Below are positions 25,108 through 32,739 of a DNA stretch of 32,739 bases, in pieces. The translations under genes were made by a program, and so were the position numbers. Positions within the stretch are counted from its first letter, which is position 1. Each line of letters begins with the position of its first letter. The stretch is from a miscellaneous Crenarchaeota group-1 archaeon SG8-32-3 (GTDB lineage Archaea; Thermoproteota; Bathyarchaeia; Bathyarchaeales; Bathycorpusculaceae). The notes below the pieces were generated by a model. It searched no databases. It was not told the origin of the DNA and saw only the letters and a list, made by a program, of their open reading frames with translations. The stretch lies in assembly GCA_001273335.1 (NCBI GenBank), contig LFWV01000001.1, positions 1 to 32,739 of the forward strand, written 5' to 3'.

Positions 25108-25758
25108 TTACGGTTTAATTTTCACGGGCTTGCCCATTGATGTCTTGATAAAAGCAAATTTGATGTTTTTAAAGCCTCGTTTAAGTTTCCCCTCTAAAAC
25201 TCTTAGAACAGCCTGAATGTTATCAACCAAATCTTTCTCACTCATGTCTACTGTTCCTACAGAACACTGGATAATTGGTTGGTTACGCATTCTCACAACA
25301 ACCGTTTTACGGTACTTCATTATCAAACCTGTTATGTCCGCGTTGGGTGGAACAGGCACAGGTAGTTTTCCCCGTGGACCCAAAACGGGACCAAAAGTCC
25401 TGCCGACAAGCGGCATCAACGGAGCCTCAGAAAGGAACACATCGTAATTATTCGCTAATTTCCGCAATTCCTTCTTTTTTCCAGTTACCCCTTCAAGGTC
25501 CGCTTTCTCCATAACCTTATCCACTTTTGCTTTTCTGGCTTTTAACGCTAACTCGCCAGAGGCAACAACCAGAATCTTGTTCGGTTTCCCTGTGACATGA
25601 GGAAGCTCAATGACCTGTTGGATTTTTCCTTCTGGAGATTTCATGTCAATCTCTTTAATATCCAAGATTAACTCTACTGACTGGATAAACTTTTTTTCTC
25701 CAGATTTCGCCTTTGCCTCTTTAACAGCATCTAACAACGTCTTCTTATCTAAGGGCAT
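25108..25758 (-). CDS. rpl1: 50S ribosomal protein uL1
   Basis: KFIQSVELILDIKEIDMK...GKIQQVIELPH, GPVLGPRGKLP and the C-terminal half are typical L1. Confidence 0.9.
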   Translation of the reverse strand: MPLDKKTLLDAVKEAKAKSGEKKFIQSVELILDIKEIDMKSPEGKIQQVIELPHVTGKPNKILVVASGELALKARKAKVDKVMEKADLEGVTGKKKELRKLANNYDVFLSEAPLMPLVGRTFGPVLGPRGKLPVPVPPNADITGLIMKYRKTVVVRMRNQPIIQCSVGTVDMSEKDLVDNIQAVLRVLEGKLKRGFKNIKFAFIKTSMGKPVKIKP

Positions 25759-25794
25759 CTTGAAGCCTCATGCCAATGAGGGATTGGAACCCAA

Positions 25795-25804
25795 TTATAA
25801 AAAT
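25795..25804 (-). promoter_or_regulatory. candidate TATA box (minus-strand tttttataa) for the rpl1-rpl10 operon
   Basis: Sits ~41 nt upstream of the rpl1 ATG. A GAGG Shine-Dalgarno lies 7 nt before the ATG. This implies rpl1 has its own promoter and no rpl11 upstream. Confidence 0.4.
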
Positions 25805-26373
25805 ATTCGCTTATTACTCTTCGTTTTCACTAATTAGTATTCGACTGAATGACATGTATTTATTTTATGCACAACTGCAAGAACGACTTGCAGTCCAAGT
25901 ATCAATTTTTTTGTTTCACTTTTTGTAGCTTGCTGGTTTAACGATCCACCTGGTAATTGGGGTTATGATTTTGCGATGGATTCATTGCCCCGCAAAATAT
26001 GAGTGGTTTTCCTTATCCTGACACGGAAAACTATCCATCAGATGAAGACCACATGCAGATTCTCAGAGAATACAATACTCGAGTAGTGAAAGCTCAAAGC
26101 CAATCGCTATGCTTGTTCTCCCTGTAAGCCTGAAAGCGGGAAGGCGCCCTGAATGTTGGCTTGTGAGCAAAAGGCTATTTGGTTTATTTGGAACCCGCGC
26201 TGAAGATACTTTTGTTTTTATGTTAATTTGTTAAAAGATGCAGCTGTCTATGGCTTCTTTGAGCGTTTTTTCTGATTCTGAAAATGGCTGCGATTATGAC
26301 CCAAACTATTTGCAACTTTATTAATCCCTTTTCAGCTATCTGTATAGATGACGATTCCTCGGTTGGTAATCTC

Positions 26374-27786
26374 ATGGTGGAAAAGTCTGTCAAAGTAGCA
26401 TTGGTTAATCCACCCCCTCCTCTTGGGGCGTTTGTGCATTACCAAAGTCCGCTTATAGGTATTGCATATATTGCCGCTGTTCTCGAGAAAAGCGGATGCC
26501 ATGTTACAGTGATAGATTGTCCTCCTCTCAATCTAACTTACGATGATTTAAAGAGAAAAATAGCTCACTTCAAGCCAGATATCGTCGGCATCACCTCTGT
26601 AACAGTCACTTTTTCTTCTGCTGTGCAAGCTGCCCGTGCAATAAAAGAATCTTATCGGCATGCTCTCGTGGTGGTGGGTGGACCACACGTCACGGTTTTA
26701 GACGAGCAAGTCCTCAAAGATCATCCTGAAGTTGATGTTGTAGTGAGGGGTGAGGGCGAACAAACCATGCTTGAACTCGCTGATATAGTGTTCACACATA
26801 ATCTGAAGAACCTTCAGCGCGTCGACGGCATAACCTTCAGAAAGAACGGTGACATAATCCGCACCAAGGACCGCGACTTCATTCAAAACCTAGACGAGTT
26901 ACCTCATCCAGCATACAAATACTTCCCGCTGAATAAGTACAAACTTTACGGAAAGCTTATTCTCCCCATCATAACTAGTAGAGGTTGTGCCTTCAATTGT
27001 TCATTTTGTCTGGCACCACGAATGGCCGGAAAAGGGTTTCGCCCTAGAAGCCCAAAAAACATCGTTGACGAACTGGAGTGGTTAAGAGATGAACATAACC
27101 CTGATGCTTTCACTTTTCATGATGAGACATTTACGTATGACCGAAAAAGAGTATTAGAGATTTGCAATAAGATCAAAAATAGGAATATTAACGTTCCATG
27201 GGATTGTTCAACGAGATCTGACCGAATATTCCCAGATATTTTGGCTAAAATGAGAAGTGCTAATTGTCAGCTTATTTCTTTCGGCGTTGAGTCAGGCAGC
27301 CAAAAAATATTAAATGCTATGAAAAAGGGGACAACAGTCGAACAAAACGAAAAAGCAATCAAGTGGACAAAAGAAGCTGGGATATCCGTTACTATATCAG
27401 TGATTATTGGGTACCCAGGCGAAACGAAAGACACACTGCGACAAACTCTGGACTTCATCAGAAGAACGAAACCAGATGATGTCCACATGAGTCTGGCGAC
27501 GCCATATCCAGGCATTGAGCTCTATGATATCGTGAAAGATATGGGATTTAAAGTGTGTGATGACTGGAGTCGCTGCGATATGCAGATGCAGGTTTTCGAA
27601 AATCCATCTCTAACTCTGAATTTCCGGGAGATGAGGCGTCAGTTTTACAACCATTTTTATTCCCCAGCATATATTCTGAGGCAATGGATAAAAAGGGATT
27701 TTTACAGCCAAATCATGGCTCGGGCAGCGTTGAATCAATTTTTATGGAGAATTAAGCTGCCGCGATGGATCTTCGGCGCCCGCTAA
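26374..27786 (+). CDS. B12-binding-domain radical SAM enzyme (class B rSAM family), substrate unknown
   Basis: Starts with the N-terminal VKVALVNPPPP...GIAYIAAVLEKSG...PDIVGITS cobalamin-binding Rossmann-like domain. The radical SAM CxxxCxxC follows (RGCAFNCSFC), with downstream FGVESGSQ. The track ORF starts at 26284. ATG 26374 (MVEKSVKVALVNPP) fits the family N-terminus better. Confidence 0.8.
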   Translation: MVEKSVKVALVNPPPPLGAFVHYQSPLIGIAYIAAVLEKSGCHVTVIDCPPLNLTYDDLKRKIAHFKPDIVGITSVTVTFSSAVQAARAIKESYRHALVVVGGPHVTVLDEQVLKDHPEVDVVVRGEGEQTMLELADIVFTHNLKNLQRVDGITFRKNGDIIRTKDRDFIQNLDELPHPAYKYFPLNKYKLYGKLILPIITSRGCAFNCSFCLAPRMAGKGFRPRSPKNIVDELEWLRDEHNPDAFTFHDETFTYDRKRVLEICNKIKNRNINVPWDCSTRSDRIFPDILAKMRSANCQLISFGVESGSQKILNAMKKGTTVEQNEKAIKWTKEAGISVTISVIIGYPGETKDTLRQTLDFIRRTKPDDVHMSLATPYPGIELYDIVKDMGFKVCDDWSRCDMQMQVFENPSLTLNFREMRRQFYNHFYSPAYILRQWIKRDFYSQIMARAALNQFLWRIKLPRWIFGAR

Positions 27787-28174
27787 CTTCAATAAACTAG
27801 CATGGTGACAATAAAATCGAGAGGTGATTGCAACTTAAGTAGATGAGGAAGCGCGACCGCTGGTGCTAATTGTGCGCTATGAGCTTAATAAATAAACATT
27901 AAATTAGAGATTGCGCCTCTGTCAACATAAACTTTATATCCATACGGTCGGAGACTTCTTGTTCTTGTGATTAACCATGATTGCCTCAAAGTTTGTCTCT
28001 TTTGAAAACGCTGGATAATGCTGCTTGGGCTGCAGCCGCGGACATAACCGAAATTAGATGACAGTTAACCTTTAATCTGTCGTTATTTCGTTTATTGTTT
28101 GTTGTTGATCTGAACATAACAGTGAAAGGGAAAACTGGATGAACAAAACGAAGATTCAACGCCTCAATATGGCA

Positions 28175-28182
28175 TATATAAA
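28175..28182 (+). promoter_or_regulatory. candidate TATA box tatataaa for the aminotransferase gene
   Basis: Ends 28 nt upstream of ATG 28211. This would give a very short or absent 5' leader. Confidence 0.4.
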
Positions 28183-28210
28183 TATTCAATAGTAAAAGGG
28201 ATTTAGAGAA

Positions 28211-29290
28211 ATGCACAAGAAACTATTGATTCCTGGTCCTACCGAAGTAAGCCAAGAAATCCTACACGAGCAAACACACCCTCTCATAGGACACAGAAGC
28301 AAAGAGTTCTCACAACTCTACGCTGGAATCATAAAAAAACTCACCCGATTCTTCGAGCTGCCAGCAAACTGCAAACCAACAGTCACCACGGCTTCAGGCG
28401 CATTATGGTTCGACATAGTCGGTAGAAGCATCGTCCAAAATAAAGCATTAGTCTGCATCAACGGCGCGTTCTCTGAACGCTTTGGCAACGCCATCAAGGC
28501 ATGCGGCAAAAATGCCAACTTCCTCGAATTTGCATGGGGCGAAGCAGTCAAACCCGACGCAATCGCAGAAGAACTGGAAACAGGAGAATACGACACCGTA
28601 ACAATCTGCCATAACGAATCCTCAACAGGCACACGAAGCCCAATCCACGAAATCGGCAAAATCATCCGCAAAGACTATCCAGAAGTGATGCTGGCAATCG
28701 ACAGCGTTTCATCTATGGCAGGAGATAAGATATTACCCGCAGAAATCGGTTGCGACGTAATCTTCGCCTCAACCCAGAAATGCTTCGCACTGCCACCAGG
28801 ATTAGCCATTTCGCTTGTAAGCGACAGAGCATTGGAAAGAGCTAAACAGGTTCCAAATAGAGGTGCATACACAGACCTCGTGGATATCTTCAAGTTCGAA
28901 AAAAAACATCAAACGCAATCAACACCGAACATTCCGCTGTTTTACGCACTAGACAAGCGCATGGACCTACTGCTGGAGGAAACCTACAACAAAGTCTATC
29001 ATCGACACAAGGACATGGCAGAATACACGCAACAGTGGGCAAAGAAACATTTTGAAATGTTCCCTGAACAAGGCTACGAATCCATCACGGTAAGCTGCAT
29101 CAAAAACACCCTCGGAAAAAAAGTGAAGCGACTAAACGAGAAACTTGAGGAACAAGGCTTCACTATAGGAAACGGCTATGGAAAACTAAAAGAAAAAACC
29201 TTCCGCATTGGACACATGGGCGAATGGAACACAGCTGCTATCAAGCAAGTTCTTGCTATAATCGACGAAATTTGGAGACTGGAGACTTGA
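28211..29290 (+). CDS. class V pyridoxal-phosphate aminotransferase (serine-pyruvate / alanine-glyoxylate / archaeal phosphoserine aminotransferase family)
   Basis: Shows LLIPGPTEV at the N-terminus, CHNESSTG, DSVSS, and the PLP-lysine motif STQKCFALPPGL. 359 aa. Confidence 0.8.
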   Translation: MHKKLLIPGPTEVSQEILHEQTHPLIGHRSKEFSQLYAGIIKKLTRFFELPANCKPTVTTASGALWFDIVGRSIVQNKALVCINGAFSERFGNAIKACGKNANFLEFAWGEAVKPDAIAEELETGEYDTVTICHNESSTGTRSPIHEIGKIIRKDYPEVMLAIDSVSSMAGDKILPAEIGCDVIFASTQKCFALPPGLAISLVSDRALERAKQVPNRGAYTDLVDIFKFEKKHQTQSTPNIPLFYALDKRMDLLLEETYNKVYHRHKDMAEYTQQWAKKHFEMFPEQGYESITVSCIKNTLGKKVKRLNEKLEEQGFTIGNGYGKLKEKTFRIGHMGEWNTAAIKQVLAIIDEIWRLET

Positions 29291-29397
29291 CATTCAAAGT
29301 TCAAGTATGTAACAAAACCCCAGACGGAGGCACGAACTTATGGTCATAAAAAGGGAGCGAAATCAAAAAACAAGAGAAAACTGCGAGCTGAAACTGT

Positions 29398-30675
29398 TTG
29401 GTTGACATCAGACCTTTTAGAGCCATACATTACACTGAAAAAGCTGGCGACCCGGCAAATCTGATAACTCAGCCTTACGACAAAATCACCCCTGAGCTGC
29501 AGATAGATTACTACAGCAAATCAGTTTACAACTACTGCCGCTTGATTCTCCCGATAGAGAACAACAAGTACGAAGCAGCGCAACAGCGTATACAAATATG
29601 GCTAAACGAAGGAATACTCTCCAAGGACGAAGAACCAGTAATTTTCGTTTCCAAACAAGAATTCAAAGTATCTGGAAAAAACTGCACTCGTATTGGGTTA
29701 ATTGCCGCTCTGCGCCTTTATTCCTACGGCGAAAACATGGTTTTTCCACACGAAGTTACTTATAAAAAACCGAAAACCGACCGATTGAATATTTTGCGTG
29801 CGGTTCAGAAAGACCTTGAACCCGTTTTTCTAATATACTCAGACCCTGAGAATGTTACTGTCGACTTTCTAGCTGAAATCACAAAGACAAAACCTGCTGT
29901 GGAAATTGAAGACTCCTTCGGGGTGAAACACGCTATTTGGAGCGTAATTGACCCGAAAAAGCTGAAGTTCATGCGGAAAGTTATGAAAGATAAAAAGCTT
30001 GTAATTACTGACGGTCATCACAGGTACGAAAGCGCCTTAGCTTACAGAGATGAAATGCGTGAAAAGAACAACTGGCTGGAAGATAACGCTTTCAATTTTC
30101 ACATGTGTTACATGGTTCCTGTTCAAGAGGAAGGGCTTGTTGTTTTGCCCACTCACAGATTGCTAACAGCATCCGAACTGACCGAGGATACTTTGAAGGC
30201 GCTTGAATGTTTCTTCACGATTTCCGAAGTCACCCCAACAGTTGAAGCTTTAGAAAGTTTTTTGAAAAGCCATAAAGAAGAGCGTGCCTTCTGCATTTAC
30301 GATGGCTCACATGCCTACGGTTTACTTTTGAAAGATGAGAAAACCGTTTCTGAACTCATAGACGCAGATTGTCCAAGAGAAGCGTGCCTTGTAGATGTCG
30401 TGATATTACGGGATGTAGTTTTCAGACAAGTGTTGAAGGTTGGCGAGCTAAAAATGGATGAGCACATCCTCTACGCGGAATCAACAAGGAGCGCCTTGGA
30501 GAAAGTTGACAGTGGACAAGCTAAATTAGCTTTTTTAGTTAACCCAGTGAATCCTGAGACCGTTTGGCAAATAGCACAGAAAAATTGGAGATTACCGGAA
30601 AAATCTACGGATTTTTACCCGAAACCAGTTTCTGGCTTAACAATGATGGACATTTCCCCAGAAGAAATGCTCTAA
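29398..30675 (+). CDS. DUF1015 family protein
   Basis: Shows N-terminal IRPFRAIHY...ITQPYD, the central ITDGHHRYESA motif, and LPTHRL. TTG start. Confidence 0.7.
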   Translation: MVDIRPFRAIHYTEKAGDPANLITQPYDKITPELQIDYYSKSVYNYCRLILPIENNKYEAAQQRIQIWLNEGILSKDEEPVIFVSKQEFKVSGKNCTRIGLIAALRLYSYGENMVFPHEVTYKKPKTDRLNILRAVQKDLEPVFLIYSDPENVTVDFLAEITKTKPAVEIEDSFGVKHAIWSVIDPKKLKFMRKVMKDKKLVITDGHHRYESALAYRDEMREKNNWLEDNAFNFHMCYMVPVQEEGLVVLPTHRLLTASELTEDTLKALECFFTISEVTPTVEALESFLKSHKEERAFCIYDGSHAYGLLLKDEKTVSELIDADCPREACLVDVVILRDVVFRQVLKVGELKMDEHILYAESTRSALEKVDSGQAKLAFLVNPVNPETVWQIAQKNWRLPEKSTDFYPKPVSGLTMMDISPEEML

Positions 30676-30895
30676 TCTGTCCTATCTACTCTTTTTCTCG
30701 AAAAACTAAAATCTCACCTACCAGAAGTCTAGGTCTCACAATAAGATTAGGTGTTACTGTGCTTAAACAGCTTAAGTTTTTATGGATTGCTCCTGTAATC
30801 GGTAGCTTTCTAGCAGTCACTTTTGGAAGGTATAGCAGCAAAAATTGGGAGTAGTTCTTGGCATTTGCATTCATGCTTTTTGTTTTTTGTGCGTG

Positions 30896-31045
30896 TTACT
30901 TTATGAATTTGGTTTTCCGTTTCTTGAATTTTTTCTTGCATGTCACGCTACAAAAATGATAGGTTTCGCCTTCATACGTAATTTTATACTTGGCTGTGTT
31001 TTCATCTAGAACCGTGCCGCAAACTGGGTCTCTATACGTTTTCGT
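30896..31045 (-). pseudogene. YHS/TRASH-type metal-binding mini-ORF (49 codons) with ACG at the expected initiation position
   Basis: Not in the ORF track. The minus-strand open frame (no stop from 31081) reads (T)KTYRDPVCGTVLDENTAKYKITYEGETYHFCSVTCKKKFKKRKTKFIK. The DPVCG...Y.G..Y.FCS..C...F pattern is the YHS domain signature. GAGAGGT lies 8 nt upstream of ACG 31045..31043. There is no in-frame ATG, GTG or TTG before the domain. It may be a start-codon mutant or may use non-canonical initiation. Confidence 0.4.
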
Positions 31046-31267
31046 AGGTCTTAACCTCTCGAGGAAGATTGTGTTTTCTACCTATTATGGTTAGTGGTTA
31101 CTCAGATAGGAAATTTGTTTTGAGTGTGCGCTAGCTCTCGGGAAAAGAAGACGGCCCTTTATACGCGCGCTTTTTTTGCTTGTTGTCTAAATAGGGAGAA
31201 CTATTTTATTCCATTTGAAGTGGAGAAAAGGGCTGAAATTGTGGAGGGTAGCGTTGGTGTTGGTGCT

Positions 31268-31462
31268 TTATGGTTGAGTGACAATTAACATTATAGCTCC
31301 TTCGACTTCGGTCCATTCTTCATTGGTGGTGCAGATATTGCCTATGCTGCCTATGAATATGAGGATTGCCACTAAGTCTTCGTCTTTGGGTAATTTCCCG
31401 ATCATTAAGAAATGCTGTTTTCCAGCAATGTAAAAGCTCAATTTTTCAGTCAGTTTTATCAA
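31268..31462 (-). CDS. hypothetical 64-aa ORF, possibly the 3' part of a frameshifted gene
   Basis: Track ORF with a TTG start and no recognisable motif. An upstream open frame (31446..31634, different frame, no start until an internal GTG at 31553) overlaps its start. Confidence 0.2.
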   Translation of the reverse strand: MIKLTEKLSFYIAGKQHFLMIGKLPKDEDLVAILIFIGSIGNICTTNEEWTEVEGAIMLIVTQP

Positions 31463-31660
31463 TCATGCCCCTCGTATCCTTGATTCGTTTGGAAGCCTCA
31501 GTGACATTCTTGATTTCCTGCTCAGTCCAGTTTCCAAACACAAAAAAACTCACTAAAACGTCACCAGAATTTTCCTCTGAAATTACAAATATAAGCGTTA
31601 AATGGTCACAATCCGATACGTAGCAAACGCGAAAAGCTTTATCTTCTCAACCAAGCGATA

Positions 31661-32278
31661 ATGCAATACATGCCCCACCCAAAAATAACGGCAGGAGCAC
31701 TCTTTCTCATGGCAGCTATCCAATTCACCTTATGCCTTATCATCGCAGAAGCAACATACCCCGGCTACAGCATATCCGCCAATTATATAAGCGACCTCGG
31801 CGTAGGGCCCTCCGCCATAATCTTCAACGTCTCCGTCTTCATTTTAGGATTACTAGTACTTGCAGGAACAATCCTTCAAAGACACAAACCGAACATCAAA
31901 ACCTTAAACACTTTGCTACTGTTAATGGCTATAAGCGCAATGGGCGTCGGCATCTTCACTAAAAACTACCCCCTCCCCCACGGCGCCATATCCTCAGCAG
32001 CTTTCTTTTTCGCAGCGCTATCCTCCATAACCTCACACAAAATCCTACCCAAAAATCTCTCCAAGATAAGCATAATGCTCGGAGCCATGACACTCACAGC
32101 ACTAACCTTTTTCTCCGCAGGCATGCTGACAAGCGGCTCATTAACCAGCACGACCGCCCACGACAGTGCCTTCTACATAGGATTAGGCCCGGGCGGAATG
32201 GAACGCATGATAGTATACCCAGCGCTCTCATGGCTCACTGCAATCGGCGCATACCTAACCATAAAACAAGAGACATAA
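31661..32278 (+). CDS. DUF998-family-like integral membrane protein
   Basis: Six or so hydrophobic segments. The N-terminal region AEATYPGYSISANYISDLGVG resembles the DUF998 signature. Confidence 0.5.
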   Translation: MQYMPHPKITAGALFLMAAIQFTLCLIIAEATYPGYSISANYISDLGVGPSAIIFNVSVFILGLLVLAGTILQRHKPNIKTLNTLLLLMAISAMGVGIFTKNYPLPHGAISSAAFFFAALSSITSHKILPKNLSKISIMLGAMTLTALTFFSAGMLTSGSLTSTTAHDSAFYIGLGPGGMERMIVYPALSWLTAIGAYLTIKQET

Positions 32279-32439
32279 AAAACACCGATACAATAAAAAG
32301 AAATCAATGACCCGCAAACTTGAAGGAGACTGCTCAGACAAAAACATAAACACCAACCACGCCACAAACGGTAACGCTTTTATGACTATTCGAGTGTAAT
32401 GGTTTAAGATCTAAACTTTGAGTGTGGTGAAGAAACAGT

Positions 32440-32673
32440 ATGAGTGAATCACTTGAGAAACGAGTCGAAGCTGCTCTTGCCGAAATTAAGCCGCAAATTC
32501 AAGCTGACGGCGGAGACATAGACCTCGTAGCCATCGAAAACAACATCGTCAAAGTCCGCTTGCGAGGAGCATGTGTAGGTTGCCCCATGTCAGCATTAAC
32601 GCTAAAGGCAGGTGTCGAACGCGCCATAAAACAGAAAGTCCCAGAAATCCAAAGCGTCGAAGCAGTCCAATAA
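32440..32673 (+). CDS. NifU-like (Nfu C-terminal domain) Fe-S cluster assembly/carrier protein
   Basis: The sequence IKPQIQADGGDIDLVAIENNIVKVRLRGACVGCPMSALTLKAGVERAIKQKVPEI carries the NifU C-terminal CxxC motif. Confidence 0.85.
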   Translation: MSESLEKRVEAALAEIKPQIQADGGDIDLVAIENNIVKVRLRGACVGCPMSALTLKAGVERAIKQKVPEIQSVEAVQ

Positions 32674-32739
32674 CCAAACACATTTTTTCTCTTACTTTTT
32701 GTTTTCTGCTCTTTTACCCTTAGAAACCACTACTTGTAT

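Noticed and set aside
25736-25775. Small hairpin (GGCAU ... AUGCC) sequestering the rpl1 start codon, as a possible L1 autoregulatory mRNA site.
   Set aside because: The stem is only 5 bp. I cannot match it from memory to the 23S rRNA L1-binding helix mimic known from Methanococcus. It needs a proper structural alignment.
28050-28115. Possible C/D-box sRNA: agatga ... ctga about 55 nt apart. A second agatga is at about 27842.
   Set aside because: The C-box candidate is AGAUGA rather than RUGAUGA. There are no convincing internal D'/C' boxes at 12-nt guide spacing and no terminal stem. By eye this is indistinguishable from chance.
27986-28216. 76-aa minus-strand ORF in the spacer before the aminotransferase gene.
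   Set aside because: It overlaps the aminotransferase start codon and its TATA-like element. It has no motif and its composition is typical of AT-rich intergenic DNA.
30564-30874. 96-aa plus-strand ORF and 62-aa minus-strand ORF straddling the DUF1015 3' end.
   Set aside because: They overlap the end of a well-supported gene and its terminator-like T-runs and hairpin (cttaa-acagc-ttaag-ttttt at 30762-30781). They have no motifs.
1-32739. Scan for CRISPR arrays, tRNA/rRNA genes, transposases, integrases and long dispersed repeats.
   Set aside because: None found by eye. Intergenic spacers lack tRNA-like GTTCGAATC/T-loop contexts and regularly spaced repeats. The only repeats seen are the intragenic 60-bp duplication and the two palindromes reported above.

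Overview
This window is a 32.7-kb archaeal chromosomal segment, mostly housekeeping genes. The archaeal assignment rests on eS4, eL32, eL19 and Rpp29 sitting inside a ribosomal-protein operon, a form III RuBisCO next to AMP phosphorylase, and Shine-Dalgarno-led, tightly coupled genes. The lineage cannot be fixed from sequence alone; an uncultivated mesophilic group is a guess.

Gene order:
- A 4Fe-4S protein fragment and a thioredoxin-reductase-like flavoprotein (-).
- An AIM24/TIGR00266 protein (+).
- Divergent AMP phosphorylase (-) and form III RuBisCO (+).
- A TraX-like membrane protein and an acyl-CoA synthetase.
- hypF-hypC-hypD (+), then a membrane-anchored cyclophilin (-) and a surface-anchored molybdopterin-oxidoreductase-fold protein with a Pro/Ser stalk (+), then an inverted hypE (-).
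- A 17-gene ribosomal-protein operon, uL22 to uL30. It includes Rpp29 and a uS14 gene that the ORF track missed.
- A minus-strand ATP-cone / PD-(D/E)xK nuclease / HhH fusion gene.
- uL10(P0) and uL1 (-).
- A 615-bp gene-poor gap.
- A B12-binding radical SAM enzyme, a class V aminotransferase and a DUF1015 protein.
- About 1 kb of decayed-looking sequence holding a YHS-domain mini-ORF with ACG where the ATG should be.
- A DUF998 membrane protein and a NifU-like protein.

I could not recognise any rRNA, tRNA, CRISPR array, transposase or integrase.

Most worth a second look:
- The ATP-cone nuclease wedged between two ribosomal operons.
- Long charged low-complexity tails on several ribosomal proteins.
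- A P0 stalk protein with no acidic tail and no adjacent P1 gene.
- Two long perfect palindromes in intergenic DNA.
- The orphan B12-rSAM gene with coding-like fragments upstream.

Nothing here is demonstrably a new multi-gene system. All functional calls are motif recognition by eye and need database or structure confirmation.
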